Below are positions 54,348-63,537 of a stretch of 64,000 nt of DNA, piece after piece. Within the stretch, counting starts at the first letter, position 1, and each line of letters opens with the position of its first letter. Location: the NCBI GenBank assembly GCA_963835645.1, contig CAWIGQ010000012.1, positions 16,954 through 80,953 on the forward strand, read 5' to 3'. The translations under genes were made by a program, and so were the position numbers. The notes beneath the pieces were generated by a model that made no database searches, was not told where the DNA came from, and was given only the letters and a program-made list of their open reading frames with translations. This DNA is from an uncultured Gammaproteobacteria bacterium (lineage in GTDB: Bacteria; Pseudomonadota; Gammaproteobacteria; Steroidobacterales; Steroidobacteraceae).

Positions 54348-55391
54348 ATGATGACGCTCGGAACCGAGGTCTATGTGCTGGCAGGCGCGACTCTGGCAAC
54401 GTCGATCGTTCTGACGCTCGCCACGCGCAGGTTCGCGCTGTCACGCGGGCTGCTCGATATCCCGAACGAGCGTAGCTCCCACAAGGTGCCGACGCCACGC
54501 GGCGGAGGCGCTGCGATAGTCATTACCGCAACGGCCGGGTTCGCGCTGTTATTCGCGTTGGGCCGGATTGACTTCGCGCTGTTCGCAGCTCTGGCCGGCG
54601 GCCTCGCGGTCGCCGCGGTCGGGTTCGTGGACGATCGCCATGCCGTGCCGGCGCTCGTGCGACTTGCAGCGCACGTGGCGGCCGCACTGTGGGCGCTCGC
54701 CTGGCTGGGTGGGCTCCCGGCGCTGCCGTTGGGAGGCCATTCGGTTGCGCTCGGCCCCTTCGGCACGGTCGTCGGCGTGTTAGGTATTGTCTGGGTGCTC
54801 AATCTCTTCAACTTCATGGACGGCATCGATGGCCTTGCGGCTTCGGAGGCGACGTTCGTAGCGTGGTCGGGGGCGCTGCTGAGCGCCGCGGCATTCGCAT
54901 CGGCGGGCGTTGCGGCGGCGGCAGTGATCTTTGGAGCCAGCTGTCTCGGGTTCCTCAGCTGGAATCGTCCCCCGGCCCACATCTTCATGGGTGACGTCGG
55001 CAGCGGCTATCTGGGTTATGTGCTTGCGGTGCTGGCGCTCGCTGCGGGGCGCGCGAATCCAGTGGCGCTCTGGGCATGGCTGATCCTCGGGGGGGCATTC
55101 TTCGTCGATGCGACGGTGACGCTGGTGCGGCGCCTGCTGCGGGGCGAGCGCGTGTACGAGGCGCACCGCAGCCACGCGTATCAATGGCTCGCGCGCCGCT
55201 GGGGAAGTCACGGCAAAGTCACTGTGACGGTCGTGGCGGTGAATCTCCTGTGGTTGTTGCCGATCGCGCTCCTGGCGGCAAAGTTCCCGCCGTATGCGGC
55301 GCTGTCAGTCATTGTCGCGCTTGCACCGCTCGCGCTGCTGGCCGCCGCGGTTGGATCCGGTCGCAGGGAGGCGGGCGCTGCGGGGGAATGA
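54348..55391 (+). CDS. wbpL: Polyprenyl-phosphate HexNAc-1-phosphate transferase (MraY/WecA/WbpL family initiating transferase)
   Basis: DIPNERSSHKVPTPRGGG and NLFNFMDGIDGLA motifs with about 10 TM segments. 347 aa from ATG 54348. Confidence 0.85.
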   Translation: MMTLGTEVYVLAGATLATSIVLTLATRRFALSRGLLDIPNERSSHKVPTPRGGGAAIVITATAGFALLFALGRIDFALFAALAGGLAVAAVGFVDDRHAVPALVRLAAHVAAALWALAWLGGLPALPLGGHSVALGPFGTVVGVLGIVWVLNLFNFMDGIDGLAASEATFVAWSGALLSAAAFASAGVAAAAVIFGASCLGFLSWNRPPAHIFMGDVGSGYLGYVLAVLALAAGRANPVALWAWLILGGAFFVDATVTLVRRLLRGERVYEAHRSHAYQWLARRWGSHGKVTVTVVAVNLLWLLPIALLAAKFPPYAALSVIVALAPLALLAAAVGSGRREAGAAGE

Positions 55392-55552
55392 GCCGAGCGT
55401 GGCCGGTTTTTGCGGCGGCGCTCTGTTCGCGGCGGCGCGTCAAGCGCCGGACGCACGGCGTGCGGTACGCCGCCTGCGTCAACCGACACCTGCTCGCGCC
55501 GTTCTGGCCTGCATGCCGAGGCAGGAAACGTTGCAGTAAACCAATGTAACTG

Positions 55553-55583
55553 TTGCGATTGTCCCGGCCGATTGCTTTACAAT
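55553..55583 (+). promoter_or_regulatory. Candidate sigma70-type promoter upstream of the wbpM-like gene
   Basis: TTGCGA (55553-55558) and TACAAT (55578-55583) lie in the relatively AT-rich 270-nt gap. The 19-nt spacer is longer than optimal. Confidence 0.25.
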
Positions 55584-55661
55584 GACGCGGCGTTTGCGAC
55601 CGACCCGCTGACAGCGCTCTTAGGGATGAGTGACGTTTCGGGTCCAAGGGGTGGAGGTGGC

Positions 55662-57701
55662 ATGAGGGATAAACACGCGGCCGCTAGGCCTGCGTCATGG
55701 GGTGGCTCGGCTGCTGCCGCGCTTCTCGCACTCCCCCGCGAAACCAAACGCATTATCATGGCGACGGCCGACGCCGTCGCGATTCCCACGGCCCTCTGGG
55801 CTGCCCTGGCGCTGAAATTCGACCGCCTCGATCCCTCGCTGGAACGCACCTACGCCTATTTCGGGGTCGCGATCGTGTCGGCGCTGTTCTTTTTCTGGGT
55901 GTTCGGCCTGTACCGCGCCGTGATCCGGTTCATGGGACCGAAGGCCATGTCAACGGTCATTGCTGGGGTCAGCTTCTCGGTCCTGGTGCTGGTGGCGTTC
56001 GATCGCCTCATCGCCAGTCATCAGATCCCGCTGTCGGCATTTGGCATCTATTGGGCGCTGGCACTGCCCTACGTCGGAGGCAGCCGCTTCGTGGCACGCT
56101 ACCTGTTCCTGCGACGCTCGGGGGTAAGAGGCGCGGCGGCGCGCGTCGCGATCTACGGAGCCGGCAACGCCGGAGCCCGCGTGTGCTCGGCGTTGCTCGG
56201 AGGGCCTGACTTCGAGCCCGTCGCCTTCATCGACGACAAGAAATCGCTGCAGGGCAGCAGCATCAACGGCATCGCTGTCCACGGCCCTGATTGCCTCGAG
56301 GAACTGGTGCGGCGACGGCGCATCGACCGGATCCTGCTGGCAATGCCCTCGGCTTCCCGCCGGCGCCGGCGCGAGATCCTTACCGCTCTCGAGCCGCTCG
56401 GCGTGCACGTGCAGTCGCTCCCCAACCTGTCGGATCTCATCTCCGGCAAGGCGCAGATCAACGACCTGCGCGACGTCGAGGTGAGCGATCTGCTCGGCCG
56501 CGACCCGGTGCCGCCGCGGCCCAAGCTGTCTGGCTCGTGCATCCGCGGCAAGTGCGTGCTGGTCACCGGTGCGGGAGGATCGATCGGCTCGGAACTGTGC
56601 CGGCAGATCGTACGATTGGGGCCCAGCCGCCTGGTGCTGTTCGAGATGTCGGAGCTGGCGCTCTACCACATCGAGCGCGAGCTGGAGGAGGTGGCGGCGC
56701 ACGACAGACTGTCGGTCGAGATCGTGCCGCTGCTCGGCAACGCTCATCACCGCCACCGCGTGCGCGAGGTGCTGTCGACCTTCGGGGTGCAGACGGTCTA
56801 CCACGCCGCGGCCTACAAACACGTGCCGATCGTCGAGCACAACGTGGTCGAGGGTATCCACAACAACGTCATCAGCACCTGGTACACCGCGGAAGCTGCG
56901 CTTGAGACCGGCGTCGAGACCTTCGTGCTCATCTCCACCGACAAGGCGGTGAATCCGGCCAACGTGATGGGCGCCACCAAGCGCCTGGCGGAGCTGGTGC
57001 TGCAGGCCCTGCAGGAGCGCACCACCCAGACGCGCTTCTGCATGGTGCGCTTCGGCAACGTGCTGGCGTCTTCGGGCTCGGTGGTGCCGCTGTTCCAGGA
57101 GCAGATCCGGCGCGGTGGCCCGGTGACCGTGACCCATCCGGACGTCATCCGCTACTTCATGACGATCCCCGAGGCCGCGCAGCTGGTGCTGCAGGCGGGC
57201 TCGATGGCTAAAGGAGGCGATGTCTTCGTGCTCGACATGGGGCGACCGGTGCGCATCGATGATCTGGCGCGGCGCCTGGTCAATCTCATGGGACTGACCG
57301 TGCGCGATGCCAATAACCCCGAGGGTGATATCGAGATCGAGTACACGGGGCTGCGCACCGCGGAGAAGCTGTTCGAGGAGCTGCTGATCGGCTCGAACGT
57401 CACCGGCACCGATCACCCGATGATCATGCGGGCCATGGAGCACCGCCTGGCGTGGCCGAAGATGCAGCAGGTGCTCAACGATCTGCTCGTGGCCCTCGCC
57501 AGTTTCGATTGTCACCGTGCGCTCGCGCTGCTGGCCGACTCGGTCGCGGAGTACCAGACGGACGTGGACATCCGCGACTACGTCTGGACGCGCAAGGCCG
57601 TGCTGCCGCATGCCCCGGCAGCCAAAGTGGCGGACTTCGCTGCCAAACGCCGGCTGTCCGAAGCCGGCAAGCCCACCCAGGGACAAAATCCGCTCGGATG
57701 A
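55662..57701 (+). CDS. wbpM: Membrane-anchored UDP-HexNAc 4,6-dehydratase (CapD/WbpM/PglF family)
   Basis: Four N-terminal TM segments, two Rossmann-like regions (IYGAGNAG; VTGAGGSIGSEL) and MGATKRLAE. ATG 55662 is preceded by GGAGGTGG at 55653-55660; ATG 55626 is an alternative. Confidence 0.88.
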   Translation: MRDKHAAARPASWGGSAAAALLALPRETKRIIMATADAVAIPTALWAALALKFDRLDPSLERTYAYFGVAIVSALFFFWVFGLYRAVIRFMGPKAMSTVIAGVSFSVLVLVAFDRLIASHQIPLSAFGIYWALALPYVGGSRFVARYLFLRRSGVRGAAARVAIYGAGNAGARVCSALLGGPDFEPVAFIDDKKSLQGSSINGIAVHGPDCLEELVRRRRIDRILLAMPSASRRRRREILTALEPLGVHVQSLPNLSDLISGKAQINDLRDVEVSDLLGRDPVPPRPKLSGSCIRGKCVLVTGAGGSIGSELCRQIVRLGPSRLVLFEMSELALYHIERELEEVAAHDRLSVEIVPLLGNAHHRHRVREVLSTFGVQTVYHAAAYKHVPIVEHNVVEGIHNNVISTWYTAEAALETGVETFVLISTDKAVNPANVMGATKRLAELVLQALQERTTQTRFCMVRFGNVLASSGSVVPLFQEQIRRGGPVTVTHPDVIRYFMTIPEAAQLVLQAGSMAKGGDVFVLDMGRPVRIDDLARRLVNLMGLTVRDANNPEGDIEIEYTGLRTAEKLFEELLIGSNVTGTDHPMIMRAMEHRLAWPKMQQVLNDLLVALASFDCHRALALLADSVAEYQTDVDIRDYVWTRKAVLPHAPAAKVADFAAKRRLSEAGKPTQGQNPLG

Positions 57702-57775
57702 TTCCTTAGGCCGCGGGCCGCCTGCCCGATGCTGCCCGCATCGCCTGCGCGTTCGCGACGCAGCCCGCGCGGCGC

Positions 57776-57804
57776 TTGAGCGTCGCTCGCTCTTCCTTTA
57801 GGCT
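57776..57804 (+). promoter_or_regulatory. Candidate sigma70-type promoter upstream of ugd
   Basis: TTGAGC (57776-57781), a 17-nt spacer, then TAGGCT (57799-57804), about 32 nt before ATG 57837. Confidence 0.25.
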
Positions 57805-57836
57805 GCTTTGTTCCTTACCACTCAAGAACTTAACTC

Positions 57837-59174
57837 ATGCGCGTCACCATTTTCGGCTCCGGCTACGTGGGTCTCGTGAGCGGCGCGTGCCTGGCCGACG
57901 CGGGCAACCACGTAGTCTGCGTGGACGTGGATGCCGCGAAGATCGAGCGGCTCAAGCGCGGTGAGGTGCCAGTCCACGAGCCCGGGCTCGAGGCGCTCAT
58001 CAAACGAAATACGGAGGCCGGCCGGCTCGAGTTCACCACCGACGCCGTCAAGGGCGTCGCGCATGGGCTATTTCAGGTGATTGCGGTCGGCACCCCGCCC
58101 GGGGAGGACGGCTCGGCGGACCTCAGCCACGTGCTCACGGTCGCCCGCACGATCGCGCTTCACGTGAGCCGCTACTGCATCGTCATCACCAAGTCCACCG
58201 TGCCGGTCGGCACCGCCGACAAGGTGCGCGCGGAGCTCGAGCGCACGCTCGGCGCGCGCGGGGCGACGGTCGAGTTCGATGTCGTCTCCAATCCCGAGTT
58301 CCTGAAGGAGGGCGCGGCGATCGGAGACTTCATGAAGCCCGACCGGGTCGTCATCGGCACGGACAACCCGCGCACCACCGAGCTGATGCGCGCGCTGTAT
58401 GAGCCCTTCATCCGCAATCACGACCGCCTCATCGTGATGGACATCCGCTCCTCGGAGCTCACCAAGTACGCAGCCAACGCCATGCTCGCCACCAAGATCA
58501 GCTTCATGAACGAGCTGGCCAACATCGCCGAGCGCGTCGGCGCCGACATCGAGAAGGTACGCATTGGCATCGGCTCCGATCCGCGCATCGGCTACAGCTT
58601 CATCTATCCCGGCACGGGCTACGGCGGCTCCTGCTTCCCGAAGGACGTGCAGGCGCTCATCCGCTCGGCGCACGAGGCCGGACATGAGCCGCAGATCCTC
58701 AACGCGGTGCAGTCGGTGAACGCGCGGCAAAAGGGGGTGCTGTTCCGCAAGATGCAGCGGCATTTCACCGCCGGCCTCACGGGCCGTACGCTGGCCGTGT
58801 GGGGACTGTCCTTCAAACCGCACACCGACGACATGCGCGAGGCACCCGCGCGCACGCTCATCGATCTGCTGCTGCAGGCCGGGGCGCGCGTGCAGGCTTA
58901 CGACCCGGTGGCCGCCGCCGAGGCGCAGCGCCTCTACGCGGGTGTGGGCGGCTTCACACTGGCGAAAAACGCTTACCAAGCGGCGCAGGGGGCAGATGCG
59001 CTCGCCATCATCACCGAATGGCAGGAGTTCCGCAGCCCGGATTTCGAGCGGCTGCGCGAGCTCCTCAAGGCGCCGGTGATATTCGACGGACGCAACCTCT
59101 ATGATCCGTCCATGGTGAGCCGCTTCGGGCTCACCTACTACGCCATCGGCCGCGGCAAGCCGCTGGCGGCCTGA
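57837..59174 (+). CDS. ugd: UDP-glucose 6-dehydrogenase
   Basis: [16 protein letters not shown] and catalytic GGSCFPKD. 445 aa. Confidence 0.93.
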   Translation: MRVTIFGSGYVGLVSGACLADAGNHVVCVDVDAAKIERLKRGEVPVHEPGLEALIKRNTEAGRLEFTTDAVKGVAHGLFQVIAVGTPPGEDGSADLSHVLTVARTIALHVSRYCIVITKSTVPVGTADKVRAELERTLGARGATVEFDVVSNPEFLKEGAAIGDFMKPDRVVIGTDNPRTTELMRALYEPFIRNHDRLIVMDIRSSELTKYAANAMLATKISFMNELANIAERVGADIEKVRIGIGSDPRIGYSFIYPGTGYGGSCFPKDVQALIRSAHEAGHEPQILNAVQSVNARQKGVLFRKMQRHFTAGLTGRTLAVWGLSFKPHTDDMREAPARTLIDLLLQAGARVQAYDPVAAAEAQRLYAGVGGFTLAKNAYQAAQGADALAIITEWQEFRSPDFERLRELLKAPVIFDGRNLYDPSMVSRFGLTYYAIGRGKPLAA

Positions 59175-59196
59175 AAGGCGCGCGGAAGGTTAAGCG

Positions 59197-60630
59197 ATGC
59201 TCACACCTGTCATTCTCTCCGGGGGCGCCGGCACGCGGTTGTGGCCGCTGTCGCGCGAGCTGTATCCGAAACAGCTGCTGCCGCTCACCGGGGCGCGCAC
59301 CATGCTGCAGCAGACCGTGCTGCGCCTGGAGGGTCTCGCGGCGGCAGCCCCGGTGATCGTCTGCAACGAGGCGCACCGCTTCCTCGTGGCCGAGCAGCTG
59401 CGCCAGCTCAGGGTGACCGCGCGCGCCACGATCCTCGAGCCCTTCGGACGCAACACCGCACCGGCGATCGCGCTCGCCGCGCACGCCGCGCTCAAGGGGA
59501 TCGCCGCCGATGCGAACGCGGTCGATCCGGTGCTGCTGGTGCTGCCCGCCGATCACGTGATCCGGGACGTGCCGGCGCTGCACCGTGCGGTGCGCGTTGC
59601 GCTCGGCGCGGCGGACTCGGGCAAGCTCGTCACTTTCGGCATCGTGGCGAGTTCGCCCGAAACCGCCTACGGCTACATCCAGCGCGGTGCCCCGAGCGGC
59701 GGGCCGTTTCGCATCGTGCGTTTCATCGAGAAGCCCAACGCCCAGCTCGCCGCAGAGTTCGTCAGGTCGGGCGATTACTACTGGAACAGCGGCATGTTCC
59801 TGTTCCGCGCACGGCGCTATCTGCAGGAGCTCACGCGCTTCGCGCCGGAGATGGCGCGCATCTGCGAGGCGGCGTTGCGCGGCGCGAAAGCGGACCTGGA
59901 CTTCACGCGCATCGATGCCGCGACTTTTGAGCCGTGCCCTGCGGACTCGATCGACTACGCCGTCATGGAGAAGACCATGGACTCCGTGGTCGTGCCGCTC
60001 GCGGCCGGCTGGAGCGACGTAGGCTCCTGGTCAGCGCTGCACGAGGCGAGCGAGGCGGACGCGCACGGCAACGTCACGCGCGGCGATGTGATCACAGAGG
60101 ACACGCAGGGGAGCTACCTCTACGCCGAGAGCCGCCTGGTGGCGGCGGTGGGCCTGCGCGAGCATGTCGTGGTCGAGACCAAGGACGCGGTGCTGGTGGC
60201 GCCGAAGAACCGGGTGCAGGACGTGAAAAAGCTCGTGCTGCAGCTCAAGGAGCGCGGCCGCTACGAGCACTCGCTGCATCGCGAAGTGTTCCGCCCCTGG
60301 GGCAGCTATGACAGTATCGAGACCGGACCGCGCTTTCAGGTGAAGCGCCTGAAGGTCAAGCCCGGCGCCGCGCTGTCGCTGCAGATGCATCATCATCGCG
60401 CCGAGCACTGGGTGGTAGTGGCGGGCACTGCACGCATCACGCGCGGCGAGGACGTGTTCCTGCTGGAGGAAAACCAGTCGACCTACATCCCGATCGGCGT
60501 GAAGCATCGCATCGAGAATCCGGGCATGATTGCGCTCGAGATCATCGAAGTGCAGTCCGGGTCCTATCTCGGCGAAGATGACATCGTGCGGTTCGAGGAT
60601 GTCTACGGGCGCAAGGGAACGACGAGCTGA
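59197..60630 (+). CDS. manC: Bifunctional mannose-1-phosphate guanylyltransferase / mannose-6-phosphate isomerase
   Basis: [16 protein letters not shown]-terminal NTP-transferase and C-terminal cupin ([32 protein letters not shown]). 477 aa. Confidence 0.92.
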   Translation: MLTPVILSGGAGTRLWPLSRELYPKQLLPLTGARTMLQQTVLRLEGLAAAAPVIVCNEAHRFLVAEQLRQLRVTARATILEPFGRNTAPAIALAAHAALKGIAADANAVDPVLLVLPADHVIRDVPALHRAVRVALGAADSGKLVTFGIVASSPETAYGYIQRGAPSGGPFRIVRFIEKPNAQLAAEFVRSGDYYWNSGMFLFRARRYLQELTRFAPEMARICEAALRGAKADLDFTRIDAATFEPCPADSIDYAVMEKTMDSVVVPLAAGWSDVGSWSALHEASEADAHGNVTRGDVITEDTQGSYLYAESRLVAAVGLREHVVVETKDAVLVAPKNRVQDVKKLVLQLKERGRYEHSLHREVFRPWGSYDSIETGPRFQVKRLKVKPGAALSLQMHHHRAEHWVVVAGTARITRGEDVFLLEENQSTYIPIGVKHRIENPGMIALEIIEVQSGSYLGEDDIVRFEDVYGRKGTTS

Positions 60631-60640
60631 AGGCCGCGCC

Positions 60641-60811
60641 ATGCAGTCGAAACTCGCCAAACAATTGCAGGAAGATCTGATTGCCGCCATGCAGCGGCTC
60701 AGCCCCGAGCAACGCCTGCAGGCGTTTCTGGCGCACTGCCGGCTCATGAGCGAACTCCAGGAAGCTGGCCGAAGCCACCGCTCCAAGCCGTCGCCGCAGT
60801 CGGACTCGTGA
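60641..60811 (+). CDS. Small helical hypothetical protein (possible antitoxin-like partner)
   Basis: 56 aa, predicted helical (LQEDLIAAMQRLSPEQRLQAFLAHCRLMSELQE). Its stop overlaps the GTG start of the next gene (GTGA). No family recognised. Confidence 0.4.
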   Translation: MQSKLAKQLQEDLIAAMQRLSPEQRLQAFLAHCRLMSELQEAGRSHRSKPSPQSDS

Positions 60812-61365
60812 GAACGAAGGGGCCCGGCGAGTCTGCGTTGTTGCTGCTGGATGCCGTGGCGTTGTTGACGGACGAGGGGGTCAGCTACGCGGTAATCGGC
60901 GCCATGGCTGCCGCGGTTCACGGCGTAGTCAGGGCGAGTATTGACGCCGACGCGGTGCTCTCGGTCGAGTCTGCCAGACTGCGCCAACTGGAGAAGAGAT
61001 TCCTCGCTGCCGGCTTTCAGACGCAACTGAGGCAGGGCGATTGCGAGGATCCGGTGCCCGCCGTTTTGGCGCTGGGCGACCCGCACCGCAACCGGGTCGA
61101 TCTGCTCGCAGGCTTGCGTGGGCTGGAACCGGCGGCCTTCTCACGCGCACTCACGGTTCCGTTTCAAGGCGAAACGCTGCGCGTCATCGCTCGAGAGGAC
61201 TTCGTGGCCATGAAAGTATTCGCCGGCGGCCCCAAGGACTTGACGGACGCGCGCGCTGCGATTCGCATCGCTGGCGACTCTCTCGATCTGGTGCTGTTGC
61301 GGCGATTGGCGCAGCACTACGGGCGGTCCACCCTGGAAGTGCTCGAGGAGATGATCAAGCAGTAG
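60808..61365 (+). CDS. Nucleotidyltransferase-fold protein (minimal NTase-like; possible toxin/abortive-infection-type component)
   Basis: 185 aa. AVIGAMAAAVHGVVRASIDADAV resembles the G-x-x-A...D-x-D NTase motif. The gene is inserted between manC and algC/manB. Confidence 0.45.
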   Translation: MRTKGPGESALLLLDAVALLTDEGVSYAVIGAMAAAVHGVVRASIDADAVLSVESARLRQLEKRFLAAGFQTQLRQGDCEDPVPAVLALGDPHRNRVDLLAGLRGLEPAAFSRALTVPFQGETLRVIAREDFVAMKVFAGGPKDLTDARAAIRIAGDSLDLVLLRRLAQHYGRSTLEVLEEMIKQ

Positions 61366-61402
61366 GCGCTGCTAAGATGCGTGTCCGCTGGAGGGGCGCG
61401 CA

Positions 61403-62758
61403 ATGAGCAATCTCAATTCGTTCAAGGCCTACGATATCCGTGGCCGCATCCCGGACGAGATCGATGAGTCGCTCGCCTACGATGTCGGGCGGGCGTACGC
61501 CGCCTTCGTGCGGCCGCACCGCGTGGCAGTCGGTTACGACATCCGCCTCTCGAGCCCGAAGCTTGCCACGGCACTGAAGCGCGGCCTCATGGATAGCGGC
61601 AGCGACGTGCTCGATATCGGCCTGTGGGGGACGGAAGGCTCCTACTTCGCGACCTTCGCCGAGGGACTCGACGGCGGCATCATGGTGACCGCGAGCCACA
61701 ACCCGCCCGATTACAACGGCATGAAGTTCGTGCGCGAGCAGGCCCGCCCGATCAGCGCCGACACCGGCCTGCAGGAGATGCGTGCGCTCATCGAGAGCGG
61801 GCGCCTGCCGGCGAAGGCCGCCAAGCCGGGCACGGAGCGCCAGCTCGACGTTCGCGGCAAGTATCTCGAGCACCTGCTCGGCTACGTGAAGGCCGCATCG
61901 CTCGCGAAGCTCAAGGTGGTGGTCAATCCGGGCAACGGCGGGGCGGGGCTGATCATCGATGCGCTCGAGCCACACCTGCCCTTCGAGTTCGTCAAGGTGA
62001 ACAGCACGCCGGACGGCACCTTCCCGCATGGCGTGCCGAACCCCATGCTGGAGGAAAACCGTGCCGCCACCGCCGATGTCGTGCGCCGCGCGCGCGCGCA
62101 CGTCGGAATCGCCTGGGACGGGGACTACGACCGCTGCTTCTTCTTCGATGAGAGCGGCCGGTTCATCGAGGGCTACTACCTGGTGGGACTGCTCGCGGAA
62201 GTCTTCCTGCGGCAGGAGCCGGGGGCGCGCATCGTGCATGACCCGCGACTCACCTGGAATACGCTCGACATCGTACAGCGCTACGGCGGCAAGGCGGTGC
62301 TGTGCAAGTCAGGGCACGCCTTCATCAAGCAGAAGATGCGCGAAGTCGATGCAGCCTACGGCGGTGAGATGAGCGCGCACCATTACTTCCGCAAGTTCGC
62401 GTACTGCGACAGCGGCATGATTCCCTGGCTGCTGGTGCTCGCGCTGATCAGCGAGCGCGGTGAGCCGCTGTCCGCACTGGTCGGGGAGCGCATGCGGCTG
62501 TTTCCCGCGAGCGGCGAGATCAACCGCAAGCTCAGCACCGACGCCAAGGCGATCCTGGCGCGCGTGCGTGCGCAGTATCAGGGCCGTGCGCGCGCGATCG
62601 ACCTCACCGACGGCCTGTCGATGGAGTTCGAGCAGTGGCGCTTCAACCTGCGCGGCTCGAACACCGAGCCGCTGGTGCGGCTGAACGTCGAGTCGCGAGG
62701 CGACGAGGCGCTGATGCGCGAGAAGACCGCCGAGGTGCTGAAGCTCGTCGACGGGTGA
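61403..62758 (+). CDS. algC: Phosphomannomutase/phosphoglucomutase
   Basis: FKAYDIRG, phosphoserine loop TASHNPPDYNGMK, and Mg site WDGDYDRCFF. 451 aa. GGAGGGG upstream of ATG 61403. Confidence 0.92.
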   Translation: MSNLNSFKAYDIRGRIPDEIDESLAYDVGRAYAAFVRPHRVAVGYDIRLSSPKLATALKRGLMDSGSDVLDIGLWGTEGSYFATFAEGLDGGIMVTASHNPPDYNGMKFVREQARPISADTGLQEMRALIESGRLPAKAAKPGTERQLDVRGKYLEHLLGYVKAASLAKLKVVVNPGNGGAGLIIDALEPHLPFEFVKVNSTPDGTFPHGVPNPMLEENRAATADVVRRARAHVGIAWDGDYDRCFFFDESGRFIEGYYLVGLLAEVFLRQEPGARIVHDPRLTWNTLDIVQRYGGKAVLCKSGHAFIKQKMREVDAAYGGEMSAHHYFRKFAYCDSGMIPWLLVLALISERGEPLSALVGERMRLFPASGEINRKLSTDAKAILARVRAQYQGRARAIDLTDGLSMEFEQWRFNLRGSNTEPLVRLNVESRGDEALMREKTAEVLKLVDG

Positions 62759-63015
62759 GAGCGTGGCGCGCTCGGCGGTGTGCCCCAGCGCGTGGAACAG
62801 GGGCGCCACCTTCAGGCCCCCTTGGGGCGGTGACGGACCGCGCGGATTGAGAGGCCGGACATGCTCACGCCCTGAACATCGGACTAGACTTGGCCCCAGC
62901 CGGTCGCGGGGAGCTTGAACTCTATCTTGACAGATGGTTGTCTGCAGGTGGAGACACTGGCCCCGCCCGGCACCGGCAGGTACCTTCCATCGTTCAATTA
63001 ACACAGGGACTACCC

Positions 63016-63537
63016 ATGGCGCTTTGGAAAGACTCGAACAGCGGAATCGGCCCTGCCCCCACAAGCCCCGGGGTGGCCCCGGCGCCCGTGCACCCGCGGG
63101 AGCCTGAAAAGACCAACGTGGCCTCGCTGAGCCCGGAAGCTCCCCGTCGCCCCGTGTCGGCCCAGCGCGCCGACATGAAGGAATCACTTATCTCCTCCGA
63201 CCTCACGATCGAGGGCAAGATCGTCGGCTCGGGGCACGTGCGCATCGCGGGACGCTTCAAGGGTGACGTGCAGGTGGACGGCAACGTCAGCCTCGAGGCG
63301 GGCGCGCGCCTGGAAGGGCACGTGAAGGCCGTGGTGGTCAGCGTGGGCGGCGAGCTCATCGGCAACATCGAGAACGCCAAGCGCGTCGAGGTGCTCGAGA
63401 CGGGCGTGATCAATGGCGATGTCAAGGCGGGTTCGCTCACCGTGGCCGCGGGCTCGCGCATGCGCGGGCAGGTGGAGTTCGGCTACGAGGGCGAAGCGCG
63501 AACCAAGACCGACACGAAGGGCTTCGTCAACGCATGA
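63016..63537 (+). CDS. Bactofilin-family cytoskeletal protein
   Basis: Disordered Pro-rich N-terminus, then beta-helical bactofilin repeats (LTIEGKIVGSGHVRIAGRFKGDVQVDGNVSLEAGARLEGHVKA...INGDVKAGSLTVAAGSRMRGQVEF). Start at ATG 63016. Confidence 0.85.
   Translation: MALWKDSNSGIGPAPTSPGVAPAPVHPREPEKTNVASLSPEAPRRPVSAQRADMKESLISSDLTIEGKIVGSGHVRIAGRFKGDVQVDGNVSLEAGARLEGHVKAVVVSVGGELIGNIENAKRVEVLETGVINGDVKAGSLTVAAGSRMRGQVEFGYEGEARTKTDTKGFVNA

Noticed and set aside
62759-63015. The 257-nt algC-bactofilin intergenic region. It contains TTGACA near 62926-62931 and small palindromes, and was considered as a promoter or small RNA.
   Set aside because: No acceptable -10 lies at 16-19 nt from the TTGACA. 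No convincing stable hairpin plus U-tract and no tRNA-like structure were seen.
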